NCBI GenBank assembly: GCA_001029775.1
Contig: CP011215.1
Coordinates: 32,148-96,147, forward strand
Source of the DNA: Candidatus Campbellbacteria bacterium GW2011_OD1_34_28
Lineage (GTDB): Bacteria > Patescibacteriota > Minisyncoccia > Phycocordibacterales > UBA12079
Reading direction: 5' to 3'
Length of the DNA: 64,000 nt
Positions 47,216 through 57,763 of the stretch are shown one piece after another. Within the stretch, counting starts at the first letter, position 1, and every line of letters begins with the position of its first letter. The translations under genes were made by a program, and so were the position numbers. Below the pieces are notes generated by a model, which saw only the letters and a list, made by a program, of their open reading frames with translations, did not search any database and was not told the origin of the DNA.

Positions 47216-48019
47216 ATGAAAAAAAAGATCTATGGCTTGTCGGCTATAAACATTGAGCTGACAAACAGGTGCAACAAAGCCTGTTGGATGTGTGGGCGAA
47301 GAAAGGTGGAAAAGGATTATCCCAAACTTGCTCTGCAATATGGTGATATGGATTTCAATCTACTCAAAATTATCGCACCACAGATTCCCCCGAGGACTGT
47401 GATCCAATTTCACAAAGACGGCGAAGGATTGCTCTATCCCCGATTTGGAGAAGCTGTCAGGCTTTTTAAAAATCAAACAATCAAATGTCTCACGACCAAC
47501 GGAAAATTGTTAGCTGAAAAGGCCGCTGAAATAATCGGTAATCTGGATACAATTTCTCTTTCTATAATTCAAGACGACCCCGAAGCCGACGAGCAATACG
47601 AGGTCATCAAAAAATTTCTGGAAATGAAAGGCTCTCAAAAGCCCTTCGTGATTTACCGTCTACTTGGAGATGTTTCCTCGGACAGATATGAAAATCTCCC
47701 TGGCATTATTGTCCGCAGAATTCTTCATTCTCCGATGGGTAGTTTCAAATATCAAAAAAAGACGACTATCCCCGAAATCGGTTTTTGTCTTGATTTGATG
47801 AATCATCTCGTGATTAGCAATACTGGTGAGGTTTCTTTCTGTGTTCGCTTTGATCCCAACAAAATCGGAGTGCTTGGGAACATTAAAGAACAAACACTTT
47901 CGGAAATTTGGAACGGCGAAATGCGACAAGAAATTATAAACCTTCATATTGCCGGACGGAGGGATATGGTCACTCTCTGCTCAACCTGTGAATATTGGGG
48001 CGTTCCGACCAGCCCCTGA
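47216..48019 (+). CDS. Radical SAM protein with SPASM/twitch domain
   Basis: IELTNRCNKACWMC (CxxxCxxC); C-terminal FC..L...L.I...G.VSFC...LGNI....L.EIWN...CSTC. Confidence 0.9.
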   Translation: MKKKIYGLSAINIELTNRCNKACWMCGRRKVEKDYPKLALQYGDMDFNLLKIIAPQIPPRTVIQFHKDGEGLLYPRFGEAVRLFKNQTIKCLTTNGKLLAEKAAEIIGNLDTISLSIIQDDPEADEQYEVIKKFLEMKGSQKPFVIYRLLGDVSSDRYENLPGIIVRRILHSPMGSFKYQKKTTIPEIGFCLDLMNHLVISNTGEVSFCVRFDPNKIGVLGNIKEQTLSEIWNGEMRQEIINLHIAGRRDMVTLCSTCEYWGVPTSP

Positions 48020-48021
48020 AC

Positions 48022-48046
48022 AAAAGCCACGCTTCGCGTGGCTTTT
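48022..48046. terminator. Bidirectional terminator
   Basis: AAAAGCCACGC-TTC-GCGTGGCTTTT. Confidence 0.8.
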
Positions 48047-48052
48047 TTATTT

Positions 48053-49003
48053 TTATTTAGTACCAATAATCAAAGAAATCTCTTTTGGAAAATTGTTTAC
48101 CAGTTTGGTATATACCCTATTTTCGCTGGAAAGATCATTATATGTTTCCTTGTCAGGATCTATAAATTTTGATGTAAAAAATATCTGAATTTTTGGTGGT
48201 AATTTTGAAAAAATATTCTTTAAAATTCTTACAAAAAAATTATTACTATCGGAACGAGCAATATTATAATGTTCAAAATTTGAAAAATTTGTCAGCATAA
48301 AATATTTTTTCCAATCCTTCAATCTAAATTCTTGTTCGCCGTTCATTCTTCTCGTTAATCTCTCCTTTACATCAACCCCCATGTTCTTCTTTGCCTCTTC
48401 AGAATATTCCTTATCCAGCATATTCTTCAAATCATCTTCTTTCAAATAATCCGCCCGAGCTTTATCAAAACAAAAAATTACACCTCCTGGCTTCAACACT
48501 CTGTGGATTTCAGATAATGTCTTTTGTAAATCATTGGAGTGATGCAAGGAAAAAAAATCAAAAACAAAATCAACAGAATTGTCTTTCAGCTCCAAATTAT
48601 TAAACTCACCCACGACACCAACAACTTTTTCGCTTTTCTTTTTTCCTAAAACAAAGTCGGCAATAACAGGCATCAATTCAGTCACAATATTTTCGCAAAC
48701 TTCAACAGCATAAATCTTTTCCACTTTTTTGTTATCTGCCAAAACAGCACTAAAAAATCCCGGTCCCGCCCCTACTTCCAAACCAACGCCTTTTATTTTT
48801 TTATTTAAAAAATTTTTATTTATGTATTTAAAAAATTTTTTTACATCAATAATAGTAATATTGGGAGCAACATTATCAAATGTAATTTTTTTAATTATTT
48901 CAACAGGGTTAGAATCTTTTAAAGAAATTGCAAAATCTGTCCGATAATGACTATCAATTTCTTTTTTTAACTCTGGTTGAATCTTCCAATTTAATATCTG
49001 CAT
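48053..49003 (-). CDS. Class I SAM-dependent methyltransferase
   Basis: GLEVGAGPG, DNSVDFVF...SLHH, EIHRVLKPGG. Confidence 0.9.
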   Translation of the reverse strand: MQILNWKIQPELKKEIDSHYRTDFAISLKDSNPVEIIKKITFDNVAPNITIIDVKKFFKYINKNFLNKKIKGVGLEVGAGPGFFSAVLADNKKVEKIYAVEVCENIVTELMPVIADFVLGKKKSEKVVGVVGEFNNLELKDNSVDFVFDFFSLHHSNDLQKTLSEIHRVLKPGGVIFCFDKARADYLKEDDLKNMLDKEYSEEAKKNMGVDVKERLTRRMNGEQEFRLKDWKKYFMLTNFSNFEHYNIARSDSNNFFVRILKNIFSKLPPKIQIFFTSKFIDPDKETYNDLSSENRVYTKLVNNFPKEISLIIGTK

Positions 49004-49027
49004 AAATTACATAATACCCCAAAAGCA

Positions 49028-49056
49028 TTGACTACCCTAGCTAATTTGTTTATATT
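49028..49056 (+). promoter_or_regulatory. Putative sigma70 promoter of the NeuA-like gene
   Basis: TTGACT-N17-TATATT. Confidence 0.55.
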
Positions 49057-49103
49057 GAAAAAAGAAAAAATGTTCTATAAACCCAAATCATGAGGATAAA
49101 ATA

Positions 49104-49826
49104 ATGAATATTGTAGGAATAATACCTGCCCGAGGCGGGTCAAAAGGGATCCCCTCGAAAAACACGAGGAGATTGTATGGGAAACCTTTGATAGCGTGGA
49201 CGATATTGACCGCGCTAAAAAGCAGTTTAGACAGGGTGATTGTTAGCACCGATGATCCAAAAATAAAGAAGATTGCAAAAAGATATGGCGCAGAGGCACC
49301 ATTCTTGAGACCTGCAAAATTAGCCGGCGACAAAGGTGGAATAGAACCGGTGTTGAAACACACTGTTGAATGGCTATTTAAAAACGAACATTATCACGCG
49401 GATATTGTTGTATTACTTTTACCGACCTCCCCTCTTCGCCAACCACGGCATATAGACAAAATTATTGATCATTTTATAGAAACAGGTGCCGATTCGATAG
49501 TGTCTGTATCTGAAGCAATTGCCAACAACAATCCATATTGGATGCTTCAAAGAGATCAAAATGGCAGGGTAATTCTTGCAAACGGAAAACCTTTGACCGA
49601 AATCAAAGACCGCAGACAAGAGCTTCCTCCTTATTTCATTAGAAACGATTTGGTATATATCCTTAAAAATGAAAATCTTTACGAGGAAAAACCAAATCTT
49701 TATGGAAAAAAAGTAGAACTTTTACAGACAGAACCAGAGTTTGATATTGACATCAACAACGAACAAGACTGGTTGCTCTGTCAATTCAAAATGAAGCAAC
49801 TTCGGAAAAAAGGATATTTCCGATAA
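49104..49826 (+). CDS. Acylneuraminate cytidylyltransferase (NeuA-like)
   Basis: IIPARGGSKGIP.KN...L.GKPLI, VSTDD, PFLRP, LLPTSPLR, RRQELP, DIDIN. Confidence 0.93.
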   Translation: MNIVGIIPARGGSKGIPSKNTRRLYGKPLIAWTILTALKSSLDRVIVSTDDPKIKKIAKRYGAEAPFLRPAKLAGDKGGIEPVLKHTVEWLFKNEHYHADIVVLLLPTSPLRQPRHIDKIIDHFIETGADSIVSVSEAIANNNPYWMLQRDQNGRVILANGKPLTEIKDRRQELPPYFIRNDLVYILKNENLYEEKPNLYGKKVELLQTEPEFDIDINNEQDWLLCQFKMKQLRKKGYFR

Positions 49827-49828
49827 AC

Positions 49829-49856
49829 AAAACGCGTAGGGCAACCTACGCGTTTT
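49829..49856. terminator. Bidirectional terminator overlapping the convergent stop codon
   Basis: AAAACGCGTAGG-GCAA-CCTACGCGTTTT. Confidence 0.75.
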
Positions 49857-50739
49857 TTATTTCTTCAAGTAGAAACTCTTTAATTAAATTAATTATTTTT
49901 TCACTCCCGAATTCATCTCCTCCATGAGTAGCTCCTTCTATGGGGTAAAAATATGACCTCAGCCCCATCTTGTTATAAAGATAATTAAGATGTGAACTTT
50001 GACTTATAGAAACAGTAACATCCTTATCTCCATGAAATATAATTACAGGGGGGTCATCAGAAGTTAAATAATACACTGGACTGGCAGATTCTAGTAACCT
50101 ACTAGATATATTACCAAGCCTATTAAAAGAAGGTGATTCTATATCAAACAGACTAAGATCGCTAATACCATAAAAATCAACAATAGCATCCACTTTTGAT
50201 GAATATTCTAGGTTTCCCCCAACAGTACCCTCGAGTTCGGCAACATCCCCACTTAATCCCAGTAACAAGGCTAGGTGTGCTCCGGAAGACCCACCTCCAA
50301 CTATTATACTAGATGTATTGTAGCCATAGTTATCAGCGTTAGCCCTCAACCATCGAATGGCCCCTTTTATTTCTTGAATTTGTCGTGGGTGGGAATCGAT
50401 GTTAGTCAGACTATAATTTATATAAGCAACAGCATATCCGCTCTTTATAAATTTCTTAAATATTTGATTTGCATCTTTTTTATCACCATTTGTCCAACCT
50501 CCCCCATGTATCCAAACAAGTAATGCTGATGGTTCGTCTGGTATATACAAATCAAGTGTTAGTGATTTTTTATCTGCATATCTTATATCCTTAATAACAA
50601 TCGCTGATTCTTTACACATACCTACCATTCTTTTATCGTCTATTTCTTTTTCGATCATAATATAACCTACAATGCCAACAAAAATCACAACCAGTATTGT
50701 AATTTGTGTAGAAATATTTGTATAAATCCTCATATCCAT
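49846..50739 (-). CDS. Membrane-anchored alpha/beta hydrolase (HSL-like esterase)
   Basis: N-terminal TM, IHGGGW..GDK, GGSSGAHLA nucleophile elbow, HGDKD..V, GATHG. Confidence 0.88.
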   Translation of the reverse strand: MDMRIYTNISTQITILVVIFVGIVGYIMIEKEIDDKRMVGMCKESAIVIKDIRYADKKSLTLDLYIPDEPSALLVWIHGGGWTNGDKKDANQIFKKFIKSGYAVAYINYSLTNIDSHPRQIQEIKGAIRWLRANADNYGYNTSSIIVGGGSSGAHLALLLGLSGDVAELEGTVGGNLEYSSKVDAIVDFYGISDLSLFDIESPSFNRLGNISSRLLESASPVYYLTSDDPPVIIFHGDKDVTVSISQSSHLNYLYNKMGLRSYFYPIEGATHGGDEFGSEKIINLIKEFLLEEIKNA

Positions 50740-50760
50740 ATAGACAATCTCAATTTAACA

Positions 50761-52149
50761 TCATAAAAAATAATTATTAATTTCATTCAATATGTATTGA
50801 CCAATCCTTTCTCCAGACCTACCATCTAATTTCCAAAATTGTTGATCAATCACCATTTTTCTCTTATCTCTATTCAAAGATGGATCATTTATATATTTAT
50901 TAATGATATCAATTAATTCTTCTTTTGAGTTTACAACACTCATTCCGCCAAGATCAAGCATCTTTTTCATATGATCCTCATCATGATATCTTTTCACACT
51001 TTCTATATATTTTTTATTTTCAAAACCATCAAAATTGACAACAATCTGTGGTTTATCGTAAACCAAAGCATCTATACCAAGAGTAGTAGCAATCCAAATA
51101 ATTAAGTTTGAGTGAAATAATGAATCAGCTAAATGATTTGTGTCGTCTGGTCTAAACTCGACGTCCTTACCTTCACCTATGCCAGGCTTATCAAATATAA
51201 AATTATTATCTTTTACAAAATCACCAATGGGCAAATCTCTACCAGGATGCAACCTCACTAAAAATTGTACATCCGCAGGAATTTCATTACTGTTTAAGGC
51301 GTCTTTCAAAATCTGACAAATTTGCCAATCAGTATCAGAAAGAGGATCCCCTACAGGAGAAAACATTATTATTTTCTTTTTTATATCAGCCCCTATTTTA
51401 TTGCAAAATAATTCTCGAGAAATCCTTTTCTCATTTAATAATTTATCAAACTGCGGCAATCCTCCAACATAAATATCATTTTGTGGGACAAGATGAATAA
51501 ATTCCGCATCAGCTTTAATCGTCTCATTATTAACTATCAATTTATCAGGCAAAACCCTAAGGAGTCCTTTACTATTGCAATTATCCCAAGATCTAACCAT
51601 TCCAACTGAATGAATTTTTCTATATTTTGCATCTCTCAAAAAAAAGGAATCTGTGCTATCAAAAACATCTGTAACAAAAACACAATCAGGATTATATTTA
51701 TCGAAATATTCTGCTAAAAAATTTTTAGGAACAAAAAGATAATCAAAAAAACGAAAGATTTTTTTTGCTATTTTTGAAGATGCAAAAAATTTAGTAAAAG
51801 TTATTTTATAAAAATATTTTAAAAAAATAATTAACGACTTCGATCGATTTATTTTTTCTCTTTTTTTATACCAAAGATAATGAGAATTAATTAAAAGCAG
51901 AGAAATACGTGAGAAAAAAACATTAATTCTATTTTGAGAAATTTTTCTAGGATTTACTCCTTCAAAAACAACCTTCTCACTAGAATAATATTTTTCGAAT
52001 AATTTTTTCTTATGCTCTGGAACGAAAACAACGATTTCTAAATTATTATCACTTTTTAGTACTTTAAAGACATCCGAATTTAATATATTCTTCGATATAA
52101 TCCCATGGAAACTTGTGATAAATAAAACTTTCTTATTTTTTACTGACAT
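50761..52149 (-). CDS. GT-B fold transferase (CDP-glycerol glycerophosphotransferase/sialyltransferase-like)
   Basis: SWDN..SKG, G.PQFD, VRLHP, TTLGIDA...DKP, DGRSGERI; adjacent to the NeuA/NeuB-like genes. Confidence 0.65.
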   Translation of the reverse strand: MSVKNKKVLFITSFHGIISKNILNSDVFKVLKSDNNLEIVVFVPEHKKKLFEKYYSSEKVVFEGVNPRKISQNRINVFFSRISLLLINSHYLWYKKREKINRSKSLIIFLKYFYKITFTKFFASSKIAKKIFRFFDYLFVPKNFLAEYFDKYNPDCVFVTDVFDSTDSFFLRDAKYRKIHSVGMVRSWDNCNSKGLLRVLPDKLIVNNETIKADAEFIHLVPQNDIYVGGLPQFDKLLNEKRISRELFCNKIGADIKKKIIMFSPVGDPLSDTDWQICQILKDALNSNEIPADVQFLVRLHPGRDLPIGDFVKDNNFIFDKPGIGEGKDVEFRPDDTNHLADSLFHSNLIIWIATTLGIDALVYDKPQIVVNFDGFENKKYIESVKRYHDEDHMKKMLDLGGMSVVNSKEELIDIINKYINDPSLNRDKRKMVIDQQFWKLDGRSGERIGQYILNEINNYFL

Positions 52150-52152
52150 AAT

Positions 52153-53097
52153 TTAAATATTTCTCACTTTCTTAAAAACAAAACCTGACGGGAAAAACTC
52201 ATTAACAAATCTTCCCAAAAAAGAACCTGTGGAATAAATATTTCTCTCTTTTTTTGATAATCTGGTTTTTTTATTATTACAATGCATTTGTCTTTGTTTT
52301 TTAGATAACAATCTTTTCATGAATGAATACAACTCAAACATATAATAAACAAATTTTGGCTTCTGGTAAACCAATTTAAATCCATGTTTATTAAATACTT
52401 CGATCATTCTTTTTTTTGAAAAATAACTACAATGATATGGTGGTTCAAACTGTCTTTCAAAATAATTTTGATCATTTTTAAAAGAATTAAGTGAAAACAA
52501 ATTATTTTTTACAAACACAACTCCTGATTCATTCATAATCTTATTCAGGGCCTGCAAATTTTTATTAGGATCTCTCATGTGTTCTAAAACATCATTCATA
52601 ATAACCACATCGATATTTCTTACAGGTAGTTCGGATAATTCCCCCGAATAGACATCTCTTATTTTTTTCTCTTTACATCTGTTAATAGCATCAACAGATA
52701 CATCAACACCAAAAACATTAGAGCCCATATCTTTGGCAACTAACAACCCATAACCCTCTGCGCAACCAACATCTAACAAATTACTATTTTTAAGTTTTTT
52801 AAATCGATTCAATAACAAAAGAATATTCGTATACACTTTTTTGTGTTCATTTCTATTATCTGCATAGCTAACTTCCGTACCGTCATTTTTTATGTTACTA
52901 CAAAAAGCCTCTGGATTATCATAATTATCAAAATAATACCTATTATAGTAATCGGAGTAATTAAAATCTTCTTTCACAAACATAAAATCACACCCTCTAC
53001 ACACAGACAATGTATATTCAAATCTTTTTCTAAGATCGTATATATCTTTATTATGACACAAAGGACATTTATCTTGTATTGTGTTTTTATTTTCCAT
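52153..53097 (-). CDS. SAM-dependent methyltransferase with N-terminal Zn ribbon
   Basis: CPLC..C..C, LLDVGCAEG, DVLEHM.DP, PPYH. Confidence 0.88.
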   Translation of the reverse strand: MENKNTIQDKCPLCHNKDIYDLRKRFEYTLSVCRGCDFMFVKEDFNYSDYYNRYYFDNYDNPEAFCSNIKNDGTEVSYADNRNEHKKVYTNILLLLNRFKKLKNSNLLDVGCAEGYGLLVAKDMGSNVFGVDVSVDAINRCKEKKIRDVYSGELSELPVRNIDVVIMNDVLEHMRDPNKNLQALNKIMNESGVVFVKNNLFSLNSFKNDQNYFERQFEPPYHCSYFSKKRMIEVFNKHGFKLVYQKPKFVYYMFELYSFMKRLLSKKQRQMHCNNKKTRLSKKERNIYSTGSFLGRFVNEFFPSGFVFKKVRNI

Positions 53098-53674
53098 AAT
53101 TTTTCTTTACCAAATAAATAATTTGATCATTCCATTTATACTTTTCAATTAATTTCAAATTATCTCGAACAAATAATTCATTCAGATTATCTTCGGTCAA
53201 ATTATTAACCCATCCTTTATTTAACCTCTCTAACTTAGATTTTTCTTTGTCAAAATGGGAATACGAAATAATCATATGTTCACCATATCTTGATAATTGT
53301 TCTATTGCATCTTTTGGGTTTCTTGCGTATTCCAAAACACCACTCAAAATTACATAATCGTATTGATAATTCACGCTTGGATAAATATTTGAATTAAAAT
53401 CACAAAACAAAACGCCCGTACGATTAGCTATCAAATCACAAGGTTGATATTCACAATCTTTTTTTAAAAAAGATCTTAAATTTTGATCGCCACAACCAAT
53501 GTCAAGAACCCTGCTTTTATCAGGAATAATTTTGGCAATCAATCTATTTCTTTCATACCAAGCTGTTGGAGACTTTTCAGAAACATTCTTCCATCTTTCT
53601 AGGTCATTTTTTATAAAAATAACTCTCAGCGAGATAAATATTTTTTTTATTTTATTAATGATTCGTTCACTCAT
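53087..53674 (-). CDS. SAM-dependent methyltransferase
   Basis: VLDIGCG, YDYVILSGVLEY. Confidence 0.82.
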   Translation of the reverse strand: MSERIINKIKKIFISLRVIFIKNDLERWKNVSEKSPTAWYERNRLIAKIIPDKSRVLDIGCGDQNLRSFLKKDCEYQPCDLIANRTGVLFCDFNSNIYPSVNYQYDYVILSGVLEYARNPKDAIEQLSRYGEHMIISYSHFDKEKSKLERLNKGWVNNLTEDNLNELFVRDNLKLIEKYKWNDQIIYLVKKNYGK

Positions 53675-53690
53675 ACTGCTAACAAATAAA

Positions 53691-54848
53691 CTATATAATA
53701 TACGGGGTTAGATACTCTTTAATAGAAATTGAACAACTCCTAAATTCTGAGAAATCTAAAACATTTTTCTTTGAACCATCCATTGCATCCAATATTGTAT
53801 TTAAAAATATCTCCGGCTTTTGAATGATGTCGTTAATTGAGAAAAAACAATCCTCCTTGAAAAACATACTCAAATTTAACACTTTTTCGTCATAAATAAT
53901 AGGTATGATTGGCAAATCTTTTACATTAGATGCCAAAATGATAGCATGCAATCTTGAGCACACAAATAGATCCAATTTTGACGACAAATCAAGAAATTCT
54001 TGCGGAGTGTCTACTATGTGTTTCTCTATATTTATATTTTTTGATAATTTCTGATATAAATACTCAAATAAGACATCATCTTTCTTTTGTGCTGTCGGCA
54101 AATAATACAATGTATATTGTTTAATTTCGGAAAGTTTATTTAAGGAATATGCAAGTGAATTTATAAAATCATTGACAGATTTCTGGTCAGACAAATCTGC
54201 TTTCCAAAAAGCCAAATTTAAACCAATGATTAATTCATTATGATTATTTTTTTTTCTATCAATACTATCAAAGTGAAAAACTGGATCATTGATAACATAA
54301 ATATTATTTCTCAAATTAAATAAGATTTCCTCTAGTGATTTTTTACTTTCTTTATCTCTAACAGATATAAAATCGACATCTTTTATGTGATTTACTAAAT
54401 TAATCACTTTTTTATTACTTATTTTGTTTACACCAATAGACCAAACAAAAATTCTCTTCTTGAAAAATTTAGCGATTCTTAGTGGAATTATATAAAGACT
54501 CAACCAATCAGGTCTATTTCTAATGATTCCACCACCACCCCACACAAACAAATCACAATAAAATATATCGATGATGACACTCATTGTCCCCCAAATCTTC
54601 TCAAAAGAAAGGTAATCTCTATTGTTTTTTACAATCTCTAAAATCTTTATATTTTTAATACTGAATAAATTTGGATGTGATTTAAAAAATTTACTTATAT
54701 CAATAACAATAACTGTTAAAACAACATTCTTATTTATTGATAAAATGTCTTTAATAATTGTGTCACAAATAGCTTCATCTCCAAGATTGCCCATCCCATA
54801 AGCCGCCGATATTACAATTCTTTTTTTACTCTTGTATTTCATAAACAC
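53691..54848 (-). CDS. Polysaccharide pyruvyl transferase family protein
   Basis: YGMGNLGDEA, GGGGI, ISVRD..S, DPVF, RLHAIILA, YDEKV. Confidence 0.9.
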   Translation of the reverse strand: MFMKYKSKKRIVISAAYGMGNLGDEAICDTIIKDILSINKNVVLTVIVIDISKFFKSHPNLFSIKNIKILEIVKNNRDYLSFEKIWGTMSVIIDIFYCDLFVWGGGGIIRNRPDWLSLYIIPLRIAKFFKKRIFVWSIGVNKISNKKVINLVNHIKDVDFISVRDKESKKSLEEILFNLRNNIYVINDPVFHFDSIDRKKNNHNELIIGLNLAFWKADLSDQKSVNDFINSLAYSLNKLSEIKQYTLYYLPTAQKKDDVLFEYLYQKLSKNINIEKHIVDTPQEFLDLSSKLDLFVCSRLHAIILASNVKDLPIIPIIYDEKVLNLSMFFKEDCFFSINDIIQKPEIFLNTILDAMDGSKKNVLDFSEFRSCSISIKEYLTPYII

Positions 54849-55926
54849 TTATATATTTTTGAGATATTTTATCCCAAGAAAAATCTTTAACCCATTCTCT
54901 TGCGTTATCAGACATTTTAACATACAAAGCATCGTCTTCTAACAAAATCTTTATCTTTTCTGCCGATTCCTCGGGATTTTCATTATGAACTAAAAAGCCA
55001 TTATAACCATCTTTTATGGCATCTTCTCCACCATTGCCATATGATCCTATCACGGGCAAACCCAGAGCATTCGCTTCCAAATAAACCAAACCAAAACCCT
55101 CAAAATTAAATTCGTTGCTTACTGGGTTTAAAACAAAAATCTTTGATTTATTAAGTAATTCAAACTTTTTTGAATCATCCGCATTTCCATAAAAAAAGAC
55201 ATTTTCTTCCAATCTTTTTTCTTTTACTATTTTTTCTAGCAACTCAAAATATTTTTTATCTCTTTGAATTCCAACAATGTAATATTTAATGTCTGGAATG
55301 TTTTCTCTAACCAAAGCCAAGGCATTTAGTGTGATATGAAAACCTTTTCTATTTTTCAACACACCGATACCGATGATAGAATTCTCTTTTTCAACAGAAG
55401 TCGTAAAAGAGGATATTTTATCACTAACACCATTTGGAATAATGACAATATTTTCAAAATTTCCATATTCCAAAATTCTATTCTTTGTGTAATTGCTAAT
55501 ACAAATAATTTTTTTGGCTTTAATATAAGAAAATATCTGAATAGTTTTATAGATAATACAGTCAAAACCTTTTACACCGTACGATCCGTGAATAGTCAAA
55601 AAATAAGGGACTTTAAAAAACAGAGATAAAATAAAAGTAAAAAATAGATATGGTTCAACAAAACAATGAATTAGATTTGGTTTTCCAAAATCATTTTTTA
55701 AAAAAAACCTGATAGCATCCCAAAGAGCTGTGAATTGATTTTTACGCAGTCGCAAAGGATCAGGCAACAATTCTATTTGTTTTATGTTTTTATAGGAATC
55801 ATTTTTTTTATGACAAATAACCAAAACATCAAAACCGTTTTGGATTAAACCGTTAACCATATCCAAAGAATACCTCTCCCATCCAGATCTTTCTCCTAAA
55901 CTATTAGTAATAATTAAAGCTTTCAT
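54826..55926 (-). CDS. Glycosyltransferase family 4
   Basis: IIPNGV, RKGF, EGFGLVYLEANALGLPVI. Confidence 0.92.
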   Translation of the reverse strand: MKALIITNSLGERSGWERYSLDMVNGLIQNGFDVLVICHKKNDSYKNIKQIELLPDPLRLRKNQFTALWDAIRFFLKNDFGKPNLIHCFVEPYLFFTFILSLFFKVPYFLTIHGSYGVKGFDCIIYKTIQIFSYIKAKKIICISNYTKNRILEYGNFENIVIIPNGVSDKISSFTTSVEKENSIIGIGVLKNRKGFHITLNALALVRENIPDIKYYIVGIQRDKKYFELLEKIVKEKRLEENVFFYGNADDSKKFELLNKSKIFVLNPVSNEFNFEGFGLVYLEANALGLPVIGSYGNGGEDAIKDGYNGFLVHNENPEESAEKIKILLEDDALYVKMSDNAREWVKDFSWDKISQKYISVYEIQE

Positions 55927-57065
55927 TCTTTTATAAAATTAATTATATTTTCTACTCTTTTATCCCAAGTATAGTTTTGAACATCTATAAATGCCTGATT
56001 CCCTATTTTTTTAGCGAAAAGATCATCACTCAAAACAATATTTATTCCACTTGCCAAGGAATCAAGATTGTCTGGCTCAACCAAGACAGAATTTTCTTCA
56101 TTTAAAATTTCCCTTATTGAAGGTAAACCAGAAGCCACAATCGGATTACCACTTGCCATATATTCGAACAATTTCATTGGCGACATATACAAAGCATAAT
56201 GTTCAATATTTGGATAACTCATAATCAAAACATTTGAAATTTTCAAATATTCTGGAATCTTTTTCTTTGGAATGTGAGTCACCAATTTATAAGATTCTTG
56301 ATTTATATTAAATTTTTCAAAAATTTTTACGATATCTTCAATCTCGGATTTATTTATACCAACCAACAAAAAAAATGCTTGTTTATTTTTTTCTAATATT
56401 CTAGGAAAAACCTCTATAATATCTTCCACCCCCTTACTTTTTCCCATTGTCTTTAATTTTCCAATATAAGTAACAACCTTTTTATCAGAGGGTATGTCAA
56501 ATTCTTTACGCAAAATATTTTCGTCAGGCAAATTTAAAAAATTCTTTAAATCAACAGCATCCGGAGACCAAAATATCTTTTTCTCATCAACACCATATTC
56601 TTTTACATAAAAATCTTTCAATTTTTGTGTAATAGCAATAATATTTTTTACTTTTCTAAAAACTCTTTTAGAAATAAAGTTGTTTTTAGCGATGTGAATT
56701 TCGAGAACCAGATTATTTTTAAAGAAACTGAGAAACCACAAAGGTAATTCGTCTCTAGAATAGATTAGATCTGATTTTTTAAACAGAGAATAAATTGTTG
56801 CAAATTTTGCAAAATTTGTTGATTGAATCCAAAATCCTATTTTACCAAACCTGACTAAATCTAAAACCGGCAATTTAACAATTTTAAAATTTTCTTTTAT
56901 ACCGTAAAAATCAAAAGGTGTCTCGTTTGTATTATTCAATCTTTTTGGAACAACAAGAGTTACATCGTTTCCTGCATTAGCAAAAGCAGAGCACATCTCC
57001 ATTATCTGGACTCCGTGTGCTTTTTCTGTTGGTATTCTTATGTTAGCAATATAAATTATTTTCAT
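55923..57065 (-). CDS. Glycosyltransferase family 4
   Basis: RIPTEKAHGVQI, KGVE, SPMKLFEYMASG.PIVAS.LPS..E. Confidence 0.92.
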   Translation of the reverse strand: MKIIYIANIRIPTEKAHGVQIMEMCSAFANAGNDVTLVVPKRLNNTNETPFDFYGIKENFKIVKLPVLDLVRFGKIGFWIQSTNFAKFATIYSLFKKSDLIYSRDELPLWFLSFFKNNLVLEIHIAKNNFISKRVFRKVKNIIAITQKLKDFYVKEYGVDEKKIFWSPDAVDLKNFLNLPDENILRKEFDIPSDKKVVTYIGKLKTMGKSKGVEDIIEVFPRILEKNKQAFFLLVGINKSEIEDIVKIFEKFNINQESYKLVTHIPKKKIPEYLKISNVLIMSYPNIEHYALYMSPMKLFEYMASGNPIVASGLPSIREILNEENSVLVEPDNLDSLASGINIVLSDDLFAKKIGNQAFIDVQNYTWDKRVENIINFIKE

Positions 57066-57072
57066 TCCACTA

Positions 57073-57762
57073 TTATTTTACCTTACAAAAATAAACGATT
57101 TGGTGTCCAAGCATATTTTTCCAAATATTTTTTAAAGGAGGCACCAAACCAAACAAAGAAAAACCATTTGATGAAACAGATTTTTCAATATCTAACCCCA
57201 TTGCATTCAGCCAATCCAAAAAATCTATATGCGACCAAAATCTAATATGCTCTGACGGATGATAAACCCATTGAGTAAAAAATCTTCCTCCAAAAAATAG
57301 CCCTATTCTATATCTATAAAAAGCACTATTCGGTACGGTAATAATAAAACTTTTTGTGTATTTCTTCAATTCTCCAATAATTTCTTCTGGATTTTTTGTA
57401 TGTTCCAAAACTTCACTCAAAATAATAACATCAAATTTCCCATCCAATTTTAAACTATCTATTTTTTCCAAATCAATCTGCAAACTTGAAATGTTATATT
57501 TTTGAAAACCCCTCAAAACTTCTTCTGAAATATCCGCAACTTTTATGTCGATCCCCTTCTCTTTCAATTCAACAGGGAGACGAGAATTTCCACATCCAAT
57601 ATCCAAAACTTTTTTATCAATAGCAATATTGTTCAAGATAATCAATTCTCTCTCCTTCATTTTTTTATTTATTTCAAAACCTCTTTCAGACCAATATCGG
57701 TTATAATCGATTTTCTTTATCTCTGAAAAATTTGGTTTTCTTGTGCCTTCAAATTTAAACAT
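57073..57762 (-). CDS. SAM-dependent methyltransferase (MetW-like)
   Basis: VLDIGCGN, FDVIILSEVLEH, ITVPN, H.RFWS..DF. Confidence 0.85.
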   Translation of the reverse strand: MFKFEGTRKPNFSEIKKIDYNRYWSERGFEINKKMKERELIILNNIAIDKKVLDIGCGNSRLPVELKEKGIDIKVADISEEVLRGFQKYNISSLQIDLEKIDSLKLDGKFDVIILSEVLEHTKNPEEIIGELKKYTKSFIITVPNSAFYRYRIGLFFGGRFFTQWVYHPSEHIRFWSHIDFLDWLNAMGLDIEKSVSSNGFSLFGLVPPLKNIWKNMLGHQIVYFCKVK

Positions 57763-57763
57763 C

